Source: an uncultured virus (IMG/VR IMGVR_UViG_3300010885_086743) (Duplodnaviria > Heunggongvirae > Uroviricota > Caudoviricetes). From it: 64,000 nucleotides of DNA. Within the stretch, counting starts at the first letter, position 1. Every line of letters starts with the position of its first letter. Location of the stretch: IMG/VR virus record IMGVR_UViG_3300010885_086743, one strand, 5' to 3'. The position numbers were made by a program, and so were the translations under genes. The notes beneath the pieces are model-generated. The model made no database searches, was not told where the DNA came from, and saw nothing but the letters and a program-made list of their open reading frames with translations. This document shows positions 50,870 to 59,576 of the stretch, in pieces.

Positions 50870-51823
50870 TTACCATAAAAAATTATTTTTATAAAAGTCA
50901 ACGATTTCAACAATCTCTTGATCAAATACACACTTAGGTTGCCAACCAAGAGATTTAATCTTGCTGTCATTTAAGGCATACCGAACATCTTGTCCAGGTC
51001 TATCATAACCAAAATCAATGTATTTTTCATAATCATTTACTGTTTGGTTAAAATATGTGTTGATAATTTTTTTAACTGTATCTAAATTAGATTGTTCAAA
51101 ACCACCAGCAACATTATAAATTTCGTTTTGTTTACCACTTTCAATTATTTTAATTGTAGCTGAAGCGGTATCTTTTGCATGAAGCCAATTTCGAATTGGT
51201 GCTCCTTTTGCATGTAAGGGGATTTTTCTTCCAAGATGTAAAAACTTACAGGATTTTGGTATTAGCTTTTCAACATATTGTCCCATGCCATAATTATTCG
51301 TAGGTCTGATAATATTGAAAGGGATACCATATGTTCTAGCCCAAGCAGTTATAAGTTGATCTGCGGCAGCTTTAGTTGCTGAGTAGGGATTACTAGGCTT
51401 TAGCATGTCCGTTTCTATATGATCTCCTTCTAAAATATCTCCATAAACTTCATCTGTACTAAAATGAAGTAATGTCGGAATTATGTATCCTTCTTTTTGA
51501 TAAGTTCTTAGGATTTCAAGTATATTGTAAACACCATTTACATTGGACTTTAAAAAATCTTCACTTTTTCTAATTGAATTGTCTACATGTGTTTCTGCTG
51601 CAGTGTTAATGAAATAATCACAATCAACTAATCTTGAAATATCGCATATATCAATTTTTTCAAATTTAAATGTTGAATATTTTGAAAATTCATCTAGCTT
51701 TGAAATATTTGAGGCATAAGTAAGATTATCAATCCCAAATACATACCAGCCTTTATCTAAACAAGCTTGTGTAATATAAGATCCAATGAATCCTAAACAT
51801 CCTGTAATATAAACAATTTTCAT
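50870..51823 (-). CDS. rfbB: dTDP-glucose 4,6-dehydratase
   Basis: ITGCLGFIG, DNLTYA, AAETHVDNSI, STDEVYG, PYSATKA and DRPGQDVRYA. Start placed at ATG 51823. Confidence 0.9.
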   Translation of the reverse strand: MKIVYITGCLGFIGSYITQACLDKGWYVFGIDNLTYASNISKLDEFSKYSTFKFEKIDICDISRLVDCDYFINTAAETHVDNSIRKSEDFLKSNVNGVYNILEILRTYQKEGYIIPTLLHFSTDEVYGDILEGDHIETDMLKPSNPYSATKAAADQLITAWARTYGIPFNIIRPTNNYGMGQYVEKLIPKSCKFLHLGRKIPLHAKGAPIRNWLHAKDTASATIKIIESGKQNEIYNVAGGFEQSNLDTVKKIINTYFNQTVNDYEKYIDFGYDRPGQDVRYALNDSKIKSLGWQPKCVFDQEIVEIVDFYKNNFLW

Positions 51824-51860
51824 TATCTTATTATACATTTTTATCGGTATAATCATTTTT
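51824..51860. promoter_or_regulatory. divergent pair of -10 boxes
   Basis: Minus-strand TATAAT at 51830-51835, 6 nt before the rfbB ATG. Plus-strand TATAAT at 51848-51853, 7 nt before ATG 51861. Confidence 0.65.
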
Positions 51861-52262
51861 ATGAATAGAAAATATCTGCCAACATTATCAGAATTAATTG
51901 ATAGGCTTTCTATTATTCAGCTTAAAGAAGTTTTTATTGCAGATCACAAGCAAGAATACGCAGAAGAAATTGCAGCAATAGTTCATGACATTCAGGCTCA
52001 TTTAAATGAAAATGAGACAATATTAACAGCCGAAGTAATTAGAGCCATTGTAGTTTTGAGCCAAATGAATTTGCATATATGGCAGAACGAAGCTAATTAT
52101 AGAAAAGGCATTAAAGAAGGAAATAGCTTGGAACTCACACATGGTCTAAATGGAATTAGAAATACTGCAAAAAATAAAATTCAAGAAGCTCTTGGTGGTA
52201 GAAAAGACTATAAGATTGATTGTTTAGCTGCAGATTTTAAGGATTGGGAGATTAGTTGGTGA
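51861..52262 (+). CDS. conserved helical hypothetical protein (DUF4254/DUF6165-like)
   Basis: TLSELIDRLSIIQLK...NLHIW..E...NGIRN..KNKI pattern. Confidence 0.6.
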   Translation: MNRKYLPTLSELIDRLSIIQLKEVFIADHKQEYAEEIAAIVHDIQAHLNENETILTAEVIRAIVVLSQMNLHIWQNEANYRKGIKEGNSLELTHGLNGIRNTAKNKIQEALGGRKDYKIDCLAADFKDWEISW

Positions 52263-53200
52263 TGGAAAAAGTTCTAATCACAGGTGGAGCAGGTTATCTT
52301 GGGTCTACCTTAACAGAAGTTCTTTTGTCTAAAGGATATAAAGTTACTGTTTTAGACAGCCTTGTTTATAAGCAAATTTCATTAACTTCATTTTGCCAAA
52401 ATAAGAATTTCGATCTTGTAATTGGAGATGTACGAGATACTAAGCTTCTTACAAGCCTGGTAGAAACTCATGACATCATCATTCCATTAGCTGCAATTGT
52501 AGGTATGCCAGCTTGTAAAAAAGATCCAGATCTAACAGTAGCTGTAAATTATCAACAAATTAAAAATATTGTTGAGATAATTCAGCCAAGTCAGAAGTTG
52601 TTAGTCCCTAATACAAACTCTCAATATGGAAGTTCTGAAACAATCATTACAGAAGAAAGTCCATTCAATCCTCTTTCTCTTTACGCACAAACAAAATGCA
52701 ATGCTGAAAAGCGTGTTTTAGAATTAGGTAATGGTATTTCTTTAAGATTAGCTACAGTATTCGGAGTTTCTTATAGACAAAGAATGGATTTGCTTGTAAA
52801 TGATTTTGTTTATCGAGCATTTACTGATGAATTTTTAGTTCTTTTTGAATCTCACTTTTTACGAAATTATGTTCATGTTAGAGACGTTGCTAAAGCTTTT
52901 GTTCATTTGATTGAAAATTACGAGACTTGCAATAATAATGCTTTCAATGTAGGGCTTACTTCTGCAAATATGTCAAAGCTTCAACTTGCTCAAAAGGTCA
53001 AAGAATATGTTCCAAATTTAGTTATTATTGAAGAACAATTCAAAGAAGATTTTGACAAAAGAAATTATGTAGTTTCAAACGAAAAACTTGAAAAAACAGG
53101 ATGGTTTTGTGATTATTCATTAGACGCTGGAATTCAAGAATTATTAAAAGCATATAAAATGATTTTTAACTTTAAAAACAAAGATTTCACAAATCTCTAG
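52262..53200 (+). CDS. NAD-dependent nucleotide-sugar epimerase/dehydratase
   Basis: VLITGGAGYLGS, LAAIVG, YAQTK, LRLATVFG and RMDLLVN. Confidence 0.9.
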   Translation: MEKVLITGGAGYLGSTLTEVLLSKGYKVTVLDSLVYKQISLTSFCQNKNFDLVIGDVRDTKLLTSLVETHDIIIPLAAIVGMPACKKDPDLTVAVNYQQIKNIVEIIQPSQKLLVPNTNSQYGSSETIITEESPFNPLSLYAQTKCNAEKRVLELGNGISLRLATVFGVSYRQRMDLLVNDFVYRAFTDEFLVLFESHFLRNYVHVRDVAKAFVHLIENYETCNNNAFNVGLTSANMSKLQLAQKVKEYVPNLVIIEEQFKEDFDKRNYVVSNEKLEKTGWFCDYSLDAGIQELLKAYKMIFNFKNKDFTNL

Positions 53201-53207
53201 GAAAAAA

Positions 53208-54224
53208 ATGAAAGTTCTATTAGTGTACAATTTGTACAATCCAAGAAAACCCAAGCTTGCTTGTTATGACATGAAATTGAGAGGGACTTTTGAAAGTGCA
53301 TTCCCTAACAATGAGCATACATATGAAATTTTGCATTATGGTTACGAACCTGGATACGCCCAAGACACAAAAACCTTAAATGAAGAAATATTAAAAAGAG
53401 ATTTTGACATTTGTGTTGTTGCAGAAGAATTACACTTTCATATTACTTTAGATACTGCAAAAAAATTAGGTAAAAAATTATTCTTAATAGTTTGGGATAT
53501 TTGGGTTGCCATTTCTACAAATGATGAAGTAAATTTCAGAATAGCTTCAAAACAACCAAGGACATGGGGAGAGCATTACAACCCTCATTCAATTGTTGAG
53601 CTTTCAGAGTATTGCAACTTGATTGTAACTGGTTTTGGAATTGATGAAATTATGCCAAATGTTTATGGATTATTGAACACTGTCGATACAGGTATGTTTT
53701 ATCCAGATTTCGACGTTGAGCAAAACATAGATGTTTCTCATAATGGAACAATCTATATTCCAGAAAGAATTAAATATTATGAGATATTTAGAAAAGCTAA
53801 CATGGACATCTTATATACTGGTAATAATCCTGGATTGAATCCAAACTCAAGATATCTTTCTGATGAAGAATATGCTGATATTTACAGAAAATCAAAAATA
53901 TCTCTTTGCTATACTCAAACTGTATTTGGACCAAATCACAAAGAGAAAAAAGGCAGAATTGGTGAAATAGGTGCTTGTGGTGGATTTATGCTTATGACCC
54001 ACCCTGAAATTTTCAAATACAGAGGTAAAGACTTATTTACTGAGGGTGTACATTTTGATTCAATTGATGAATCCAATTGTGTCGATAAAGTGAGATTTTA
54101 TCTTAATAATCCAGAGAAAAGAATTGAAATGGCCAAGGCCTTTTATGAGCAATGGTATAAAACACACTCTCCAAAAGTCTACTGGGAAAAAATATTTGCT
54201 TGGTCAGGTCAAGGAGTAAAATAA
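53208..54224 (+). CDS. GT-B glycosyltransferase (CgeB/Glyco_trans_1_2-like)
   Basis: YADIYRKSKISL, KGRIGEIGACGGFMLM and KVRFYLNNPEKRIEMA. Confidence 0.75.
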   Translation: MKVLLVYNLYNPRKPKLACYDMKLRGTFESAFPNNEHTYEILHYGYEPGYAQDTKTLNEEILKRDFDICVVAEELHFHITLDTAKKLGKKLFLIVWDIWVAISTNDEVNFRIASKQPRTWGEHYNPHSIVELSEYCNLIVTGFGIDEIMPNVYGLLNTVDTGMFYPDFDVEQNIDVSHNGTIYIPERIKYYEIFRKANMDILYTGNNPGLNPNSRYLSDEEYADIYRKSKISLCYTQTVFGPNHKEKKGRIGEIGACGGFMLMTHPEIFKYRGKDLFTEGVHFDSIDESNCVDKVRFYLNNPEKRIEMAKAFYEQWYKTHSPKVYWEKIFAWSGQGVK

Positions 54225-55096
54225 TGACAGTTGATGAAATTATTAGAAAAGAATTGGACATAGAAGATAAATCTTTAACTAAACTTTGTATTGACGCTGA
54301 AAGTAATGCTAAAAATGCAATCAAGGTTCATAGTATAGTAAATAATTTTATCAAGCCTTTAGAATCAACTCATAGTGCCGAAGATGAAAAATTTTTTAAA
54401 GATAACGGTTATTTGCAACTTGGTCAACTTTTTTCTGATGAAGAAATCAATCAGCTTACTTCATTGATTGAAGATGTTCCAGGATACAACTATCATATAG
54501 CTGCTAATTGCTACAATAGAGAACCACAAGTTTTTTCAGATGAACTTAATTGGAACATAATGAGTTATGAACCAAGCGTATTTTTTGAATCAGAAATTCT
54601 CTTAAAAAAAATTACAGATAAGAAATTATTGTCTTTGATTCAGTCATACTTAGGTTGTTTTCCTACTATGTATTCTGTCAATTGTGTATGGTCCAAATGT
54701 ACTGATGAACCATTTAAAACACAATTACAACATCGAGATTATGATGATTTCAAGTTTCTTTCGTTTTTTGTTTTTTTGACAGATATTGATGATGACAATG
54801 GGCCTCATATGTATTATCCAAAAACACAAAATGGTGAAGAACCAAGTTGTGATCCAATAATTATTAAAGGCAAAAAAGGAACAGTTTTTTTAGCAGATGT
54901 TTACGGTTATCATAACGGAGTGCCCTTGAACAGTGGTAAAAGATGTCTGTTGTGGTGCAGATTTGGTCTTATGCTAAACAATATGCACTATAAAGATAAA
55001 TGTGATTTATTTAAGCAAGATCCAGAAAATATATTTTCAAAAATTGAAGACACTGAACACAATAGATACCTTTTAAGAGGTTTCTTGAATAAGTAA
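54224..55096 (+). CDS. PhyH-like 2OG-Fe(II) dioxygenase
   Basis: FFKDNGYL, HRD, FLTDIDDDNGPH and GTVFLAD..GYHNG...R. TAATG coupling and GGAG SD. Confidence 0.8.
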   Translation: MTVDEIIRKELDIEDKSLTKLCIDAESNAKNAIKVHSIVNNFIKPLESTHSAEDEKFFKDNGYLQLGQLFSDEEINQLTSLIEDVPGYNYHIAANCYNREPQVFSDELNWNIMSYEPSVFFESEILLKKITDKKLLSLIQSYLGCFPTMYSVNCVWSKCTDEPFKTQLQHRDYDDFKFLSFFVFLTDIDDDNGPHMYYPKTQNGEEPSCDPIIIKGKKGTVFLADVYGYHNGVPLNSGKRCLLWCRFGLMLNNMHYKDKCDLFKQDPENIFSKIEDTEHNRYLLRGFLNK

Positions 55097-55114
55097 ATCA
55101 TTTAATTTCTAATT

Positions 55115-55154
55115 ATAAAAATGCAACGTAAAATAGAATACGTTGCATTTTTAT
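55115..55154. terminator. perfect 16-bp inverted repeat, probable terminator
   Basis: ATAAAAATGCAACGTA-aaatagaa-TACGTTGCATTTTTAT. Confidence 0.75.
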
Positions 55155-55201
55155 TTGTATTAGATGCATAATAGAAATTGGATTCTGAAAAGATAAAATA
55201 T

Positions 55202-56725
55202 ATGAATAATTTAGATGTTTTGTTTGTAAACCCAGGTGGATTAAAGGCAGTTTATCAAAGTTTGGCTAGTGATTTAGCTGCTATTGAACCTCCTACATGG
55301 TCATTACTTTTAGCTCAATCTTGTCGTTCAATAAACTATAATGTTGCAATTCTTGATATGAATGCAGAAAATTTATCGTTTGAAGAAGGCTTGAGAAGAA
55401 TTGAGCAATACAATCCAAGATTGATATGTTTTGTTGTATACGGTCAAAATGTTAATTCAGGCACAGTGTCAATGGCAGACTCTGTTCAATTTTCTGAATA
55501 TATCAAAAATTCTGGATTAAAAACACCTATTTCATATGTTGGATCTTATGTCCAAGCATTGCCTAAAAAGACTTTAATTGAAGAAAAATCTATTGACTTT
55601 GTTTTTATGAATGAAGGCGTTTACGCATTAAGAAATATCTTAAAGACAGATATAGATGTTAACAATTTAGAAGATATCAAAGGCATAGCTTGGCGTAAAA
55701 ATGGAGAAATTATTTTTAATGATCCAGAGCAAATAGTACCAAATGAAAAAATGGACACAGATTTACCAGGGTACGCTTGGGACCTGCTTCCATTTAATGA
55801 AAAGCCTTTAGATTTATATCGATCACCGTATTGGCATGCTGAGTATATTGATGAGAACAGATCACCATACGCTGCAATTCAAACTTCATTGGGTTGTCAA
55901 TTTGGTTGCTCATTTTGTATGATAAATATCTTAAACAGAAATGACAATGAAGAAATTGGTGTAGCTAGTAATTATTCTAAAATGAGGTTTTGGTCTCCAG
56001 AATTTATTTTTCAAGAGTTCAAAAAACTTTATGATTTAGGTGTAAGAACAATCAAAATTACTGATGAAATGTTTTTACTCAATAGAAAATATTATGAACC
56101 TCTTTGTACCATGATTTCAGAATCTGGTATGGGATCTGATTTTAGAATGTGGGCTTATTCTAGAGTTGATACTGTAAGAAATCCTGAGATCTTGAGTTTA
56201 GTCAAATCAGCTGGAATAAAATGGTTAGCTCTTGGAATTGAAAGCGCCAATAAAACTGTAAGATTAGAAGTTACTAAAGGCAAATTTGAAGATGTAGACA
56301 TTGAAAAAGTTGTAAAGCAAGTAGAAGATGCTGGAATTCAAGTAATGGCAAATTATATTTTTGGTCTGCCTGGTGATAATTTAGATACAATGCAAGAAAC
56401 TTTAGAATTTGCTAAAAAACTTAATACTTGTGGATGGAATGCCTATCCAGCAATTGCTTTGCCAGGGAGCAGAATCTATAAAGATGCTTATGATAACAAT
56501 TCAAGACTACCAAAAAAATATGAAGAATATTCTTTTTTAGGTAAGAAAACTTTACCTATCATTCATGAAAATTTATCCAGAGATCAAATTTTGCAATTTA
56601 GAGATAATGCTTTTCATGAATATCACTCAAGTAAGCAATTCAAGGATAAAATTCAAAGTATTTATGGATCTAGAGCTGTTGAATCAATTGAAAAAATGCT
56701 ATCAGTAAAACTGGAAAGAGAATAA
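55202..56725 (+). CDS. B12-binding radical SAM enzyme (class B methylase-like)
   Basis: N-terminal B12-binding-type domain, TSLGCQFGCSFC (CxxxCxxC), LGIESAN and YIFGLPGD. An alternative TTG start exists at 55178. Confidence 0.9.
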   Translation: MNNLDVLFVNPGGLKAVYQSLASDLAAIEPPTWSLLLAQSCRSINYNVAILDMNAENLSFEEGLRRIEQYNPRLICFVVYGQNVNSGTVSMADSVQFSEYIKNSGLKTPISYVGSYVQALPKKTLIEEKSIDFVFMNEGVYALRNILKTDIDVNNLEDIKGIAWRKNGEIIFNDPEQIVPNEKMDTDLPGYAWDLLPFNEKPLDLYRSPYWHAEYIDENRSPYAAIQTSLGCQFGCSFCMINILNRNDNEEIGVASNYSKMRFWSPEFIFQEFKKLYDLGVRTIKITDEMFLLNRKYYEPLCTMISESGMGSDFRMWAYSRVDTVRNPEILSLVKSAGIKWLALGIESANKTVRLEVTKGKFEDVDIEKVVKQVEDAGIQVMANYIFGLPGDNLDTMQETLEFAKKLNTCGWNAYPAIALPGSRIYKDAYDNNSRLPKKYEEYSFLGKKTLPIIHENLSRDQILQFRDNAFHEYHSSKQFKDKIQSIYGSRAVESIEKMLSVKLERE

Positions 56726-56761
56726 GTTATAATCTTAATTAAAGATTAGAGGCATTTATAT

Positions 56762-57367
56762 ATGACTAAATACAGCGAACAAGATTTGATTGATTTCGAA
56801 ACAGAAATTGGAGAATGTTTCAATAACGGAATGATAAAAGCTCCAATTCATTTGTATTCCGGTAATGAAGCTAAAATCATTAAAATTTTCGAAAAAATCA
56901 AAGATGAAGATTGGATATTTTGCACTTGGAGATCACATTATCAGTGTTTATTGAAAGGGGTGCCAAAAGATAGGTTGCGTCAAGATATCTTGGATGGCAA
57001 TTCAATTACACTATGTTATCCTGAATTTAATATCTATTCTTCAGCAATTGTAACTGGTAGTATTCCTATTTCAGTAGGAGTGGCTTTAGATAAAAAAATT
57101 AAAAATGAATCAGGTCATGTTTGGTGTTTTGTGGGAGATATGGCTTCTGAAACTGGTGCATTTTTTGAAAATTGGAAATATGCAGTCAATCATGATTTGC
57201 CTATAACATTTATTGTTGAAGACAATAATAAATCAGTATGTACAGAAACAAGAAAAGTATGGAATTCTGAAGTTTTATTTTTTCAAGAGCCAAGAGATAA
57301 AGTTATTTACTATCAATATGAGTCTATTTATCCTCATGCTGGCTCTGGAAAAAGGATACAATTCTAA
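56762..57367 (+). CDS. ThDP-dependent dehydrogenase E1 alpha-like subunit (short)
   Basis: HLYSGNE, TWRSHY, SAIVTG and VGDMASETGAFFE...LPITFIVEDN. Confidence 0.85.
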   Translation: MTKYSEQDLIDFETEIGECFNNGMIKAPIHLYSGNEAKIIKIFEKIKDEDWIFCTWRSHYQCLLKGVPKDRLRQDILDGNSITLCYPEFNIYSSAIVTGSIPISVGVALDKKIKNESGHVWCFVGDMASETGAFFENWKYAVNHDLPITFIVEDNNKSVCTETRKVWNSEVLFFQEPRDKVIYYQYESIYPHAGSGKRIQF

Positions 57368-57903
57368 TGAAATATTTTGATGAATTAAAGAAATCAATGG
57401 ATTGGCTTGGTGAACAATCAGACACATTGTTTCTAGGACAAGCTGTAGATTATCCAGGAACAGCTATGACTAATACAGTCAGAGACATTCCTAAGTCAAA
57501 ACTTTTAGAAATGCCTGTAAATGAAGATATGCAAATGGGTATTACTTTGGGCATGGCATTGAATGGAAGAGTGCCTATTTCTTTTTACCCTAGATGGAAT
57601 TTTTTACTTTTAGCCGCCAATCAATTGGTAAATCATGTAGATAAAGTAAAGATTATGTCAAATGGTGGTTTTTGTCCAAAAATTATTATTAGAACTTCAA
57701 TTGGATCTCAAAGGCCATTGCATCCTAAACATCAACATATAGCTGATTTTACTGGTGGTTTCAAGGCTATGTGCGACTTTGTTGATATTATAAGATTAGA
57801 TGAACCAGAACAAATTTTTGAAGCTTATCAACATGCATACATGAGAACTGATAATAGGCCAACGATTTTAGTTGAATGGGGCGATTTCTATAACGAGAAG
57901 TAA
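57367..57903 (+). CDS. E1 beta / transketolase pyrimidine-binding domain protein (short)
   Basis: LGQAV, EMPVNEDMQMGITLGMALNG, ANQLVN, KIIIR and PTILVE. Confidence 0.85.
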   Translation: MKYFDELKKSMDWLGEQSDTLFLGQAVDYPGTAMTNTVRDIPKSKLLEMPVNEDMQMGITLGMALNGRVPISFYPRWNFLLLAANQLVNHVDKVKIMSNGGFCPKIIIRTSIGSQRPLHPKHQHIADFTGGFKAMCDFVDIIRLDEPEQIFEAYQHAYMRTDNRPTILVEWGDFYNEK

Positions 57904-57904
57904 T

Positions 57905-59074
57905 ATGAATAATTTTTTTTTACCCTTGATGAATGACAATATAGATAGAGAAGATGTTGATTCTGTCATTAATTTTTTATCACAAGAAAAAATCCCCAAG
58001 CTAACAAATGGACCAAAAGTAGTTGAATTTGAAAATGCCTGGGGAGAATGGCTAGGAACAAAATACAATTTGTTTGTCAATTCTGGAGCATCTGCAAACG
58101 AATTAACAATGCTTGCTCTAGCTCATATTGTTGGTGAAGGTGAAATTATCGTTCCTCCACTAACTTGGATTTCAGATATTTCTTCAGTTCTTTTTGCTGG
58201 ACATAAATTAGTTTTTGTTGATGTCAACTTTACTAATCTTTCATTCGATATTGACAAACTAAAAGCAGCTATCACCTCTGAAACAAAGGCAATTTTTCTT
58301 ACTCATGTCTTAGGTATTAACGGATTGACTAATGAGTTATTGAAAATTTGTGAAGATAACAATATATTGTTGGTTGAAGATGTTTGTGAATCTCATGGAA
58401 CAACTTTCCAAGGAAGTAAAGTTGGAAATTTTGGATTTGCCAGTAATTTTAGTTTCTACTTTGCTCATCATATGTCAACAATTGAAGGTGGAATGATTTC
58501 TACAAACAATTGGGAATTTTATCAAGTTTGTCGTGCTCTCAGGTCTCATGGTATGACTAGAGAGATGACTAGCGACAGCATGAAAATTTCTATTGCTATG
58601 GATAATCCCGATCTTAATCCAGACTTTATTTTTCTTAGACCAGCTCACAACTTTAGAAGTACAGAAATTAATGCTGTGATTGGGCTTTCTCAGCTAACTA
58701 AATTAGATGATAAAAACCATGAAAGAAGGGAAAATTTTGATTTGTTTATATCAAATTTAGACCCTGAAAAATATCACATTGCTTTAAACACTGAAGGGAA
58801 TTGTAATTACGCATTCATTATAATTTTGAAAGAAGCAGACTTTTCAAAAAGAAATGATCTAGAAAAAAAACTTAGAAATAATGGTATTGAATTTAGAAGA
58901 GGACTGTCTGGTGGTGGAAATCAAATGAGACAGCCATTCTTTAAGTCAATTTATAGTGATTTCTCTAATTTTCCCAATATTGAGCATATTCATAATTTCT
59001 CCTGGTATGTTGGAAATTATCCTGGTCTTGAAAGAGAAAAAATCATCAAATTACTTGAGGTATTAAATGGCTAA
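57905..59074 (+). CDS. DegT/DnrJ-family PLP enzyme, His-type (ColD/RfbH-like NDP-4-keto-6-deoxysugar 3-dehydratase)
   Basis: VNSGASAN, EDVCESHG and SFYFAHHMSTIEGG, with His at the position of the aminotransferase Lys. Confidence 0.8.
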   Translation: MNNFFLPLMNDNIDREDVDSVINFLSQEKIPKLTNGPKVVEFENAWGEWLGTKYNLFVNSGASANELTMLALAHIVGEGEIIVPPLTWISDISSVLFAGHKLVFVDVNFTNLSFDIDKLKAAITSETKAIFLTHVLGINGLTNELLKICEDNNILLVEDVCESHGTTFQGSKVGNFGFASNFSFYFAHHMSTIEGGMISTNNWEFYQVCRALRSHGMTREMTSDSMKISIAMDNPDLNPDFIFLRPAHNFRSTEINAVIGLSQLTKLDDKNHERRENFDLFISNLDPEKYHIALNTEGNCNYAFIIILKEADFSKRNDLEKKLRNNGIEFRRGLSGGGNQMRQPFFKSIYSDFSNFPNIEHIHNFSWYVGNYPGLEREKIIKLLEVLNG

Positions 59075-59576
59075 AGTTTCCTTATTATCAGATGTAAGCA
59101 CGTACTCTTACGACAGATTCAATGATGAAAGAGGTCAGCTTTTTACAGTATGGAATCAGTCAGATTTATCTAAAATTTCTTTTAATCATGATAAAGTTGC
59201 AATTTCAAACAAGAATGTTCTCAGGGGTTTACATACTGATAAAGCGTGGAAATTAATTACTTGTTTACATGGAAAAATTCAACTTGTAGTTGCAAATTAC
59301 AAACAAGATAGTCCCGAATATTTAGATCATATGAGTATAATTTTAGACTCTGACTCTGAATATAAAACAAGTATATTAGTTCCTCCTGGATACTTAAATG
59401 GCCATTTAGTATTAAGTGAACAAGCAGTATTTTTTTACAAATGGTCATACGAAGGAAGCTATCCAGATGTAAAAGATCAAACCTCAGTTAATTGGTCTGA
59501 TCCAAAAATTGGTATAAATTGGTTAGTAGATAATCCCATACTATCTGAAAGAGATAAAAACACTCCATTATTATGA
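59067..59576 (+). CDS. rfbC: dTDP-4-dehydrorhamnose 3,5-epimerase family protein
   Basis: DERG, NVLRGLH, KLITCLHG, VPPGYLNGHLVLS, WSDPKIGINW and ILSERD. Confidence 0.9.
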   Translation: MAKVSLLSDVSTYSYDRFNDERGQLFTVWNQSDLSKISFNHDKVAISNKNVLRGLHTDKAWKLITCLHGKIQLVVANYKQDSPEYLDHMSIILDSDSEYKTSILVPPGYLNGHLVLSEQAVFFYKWSYEGSYPDVKDQTSVNWSDPKIGINWLVDNPILSERDKNTPLL

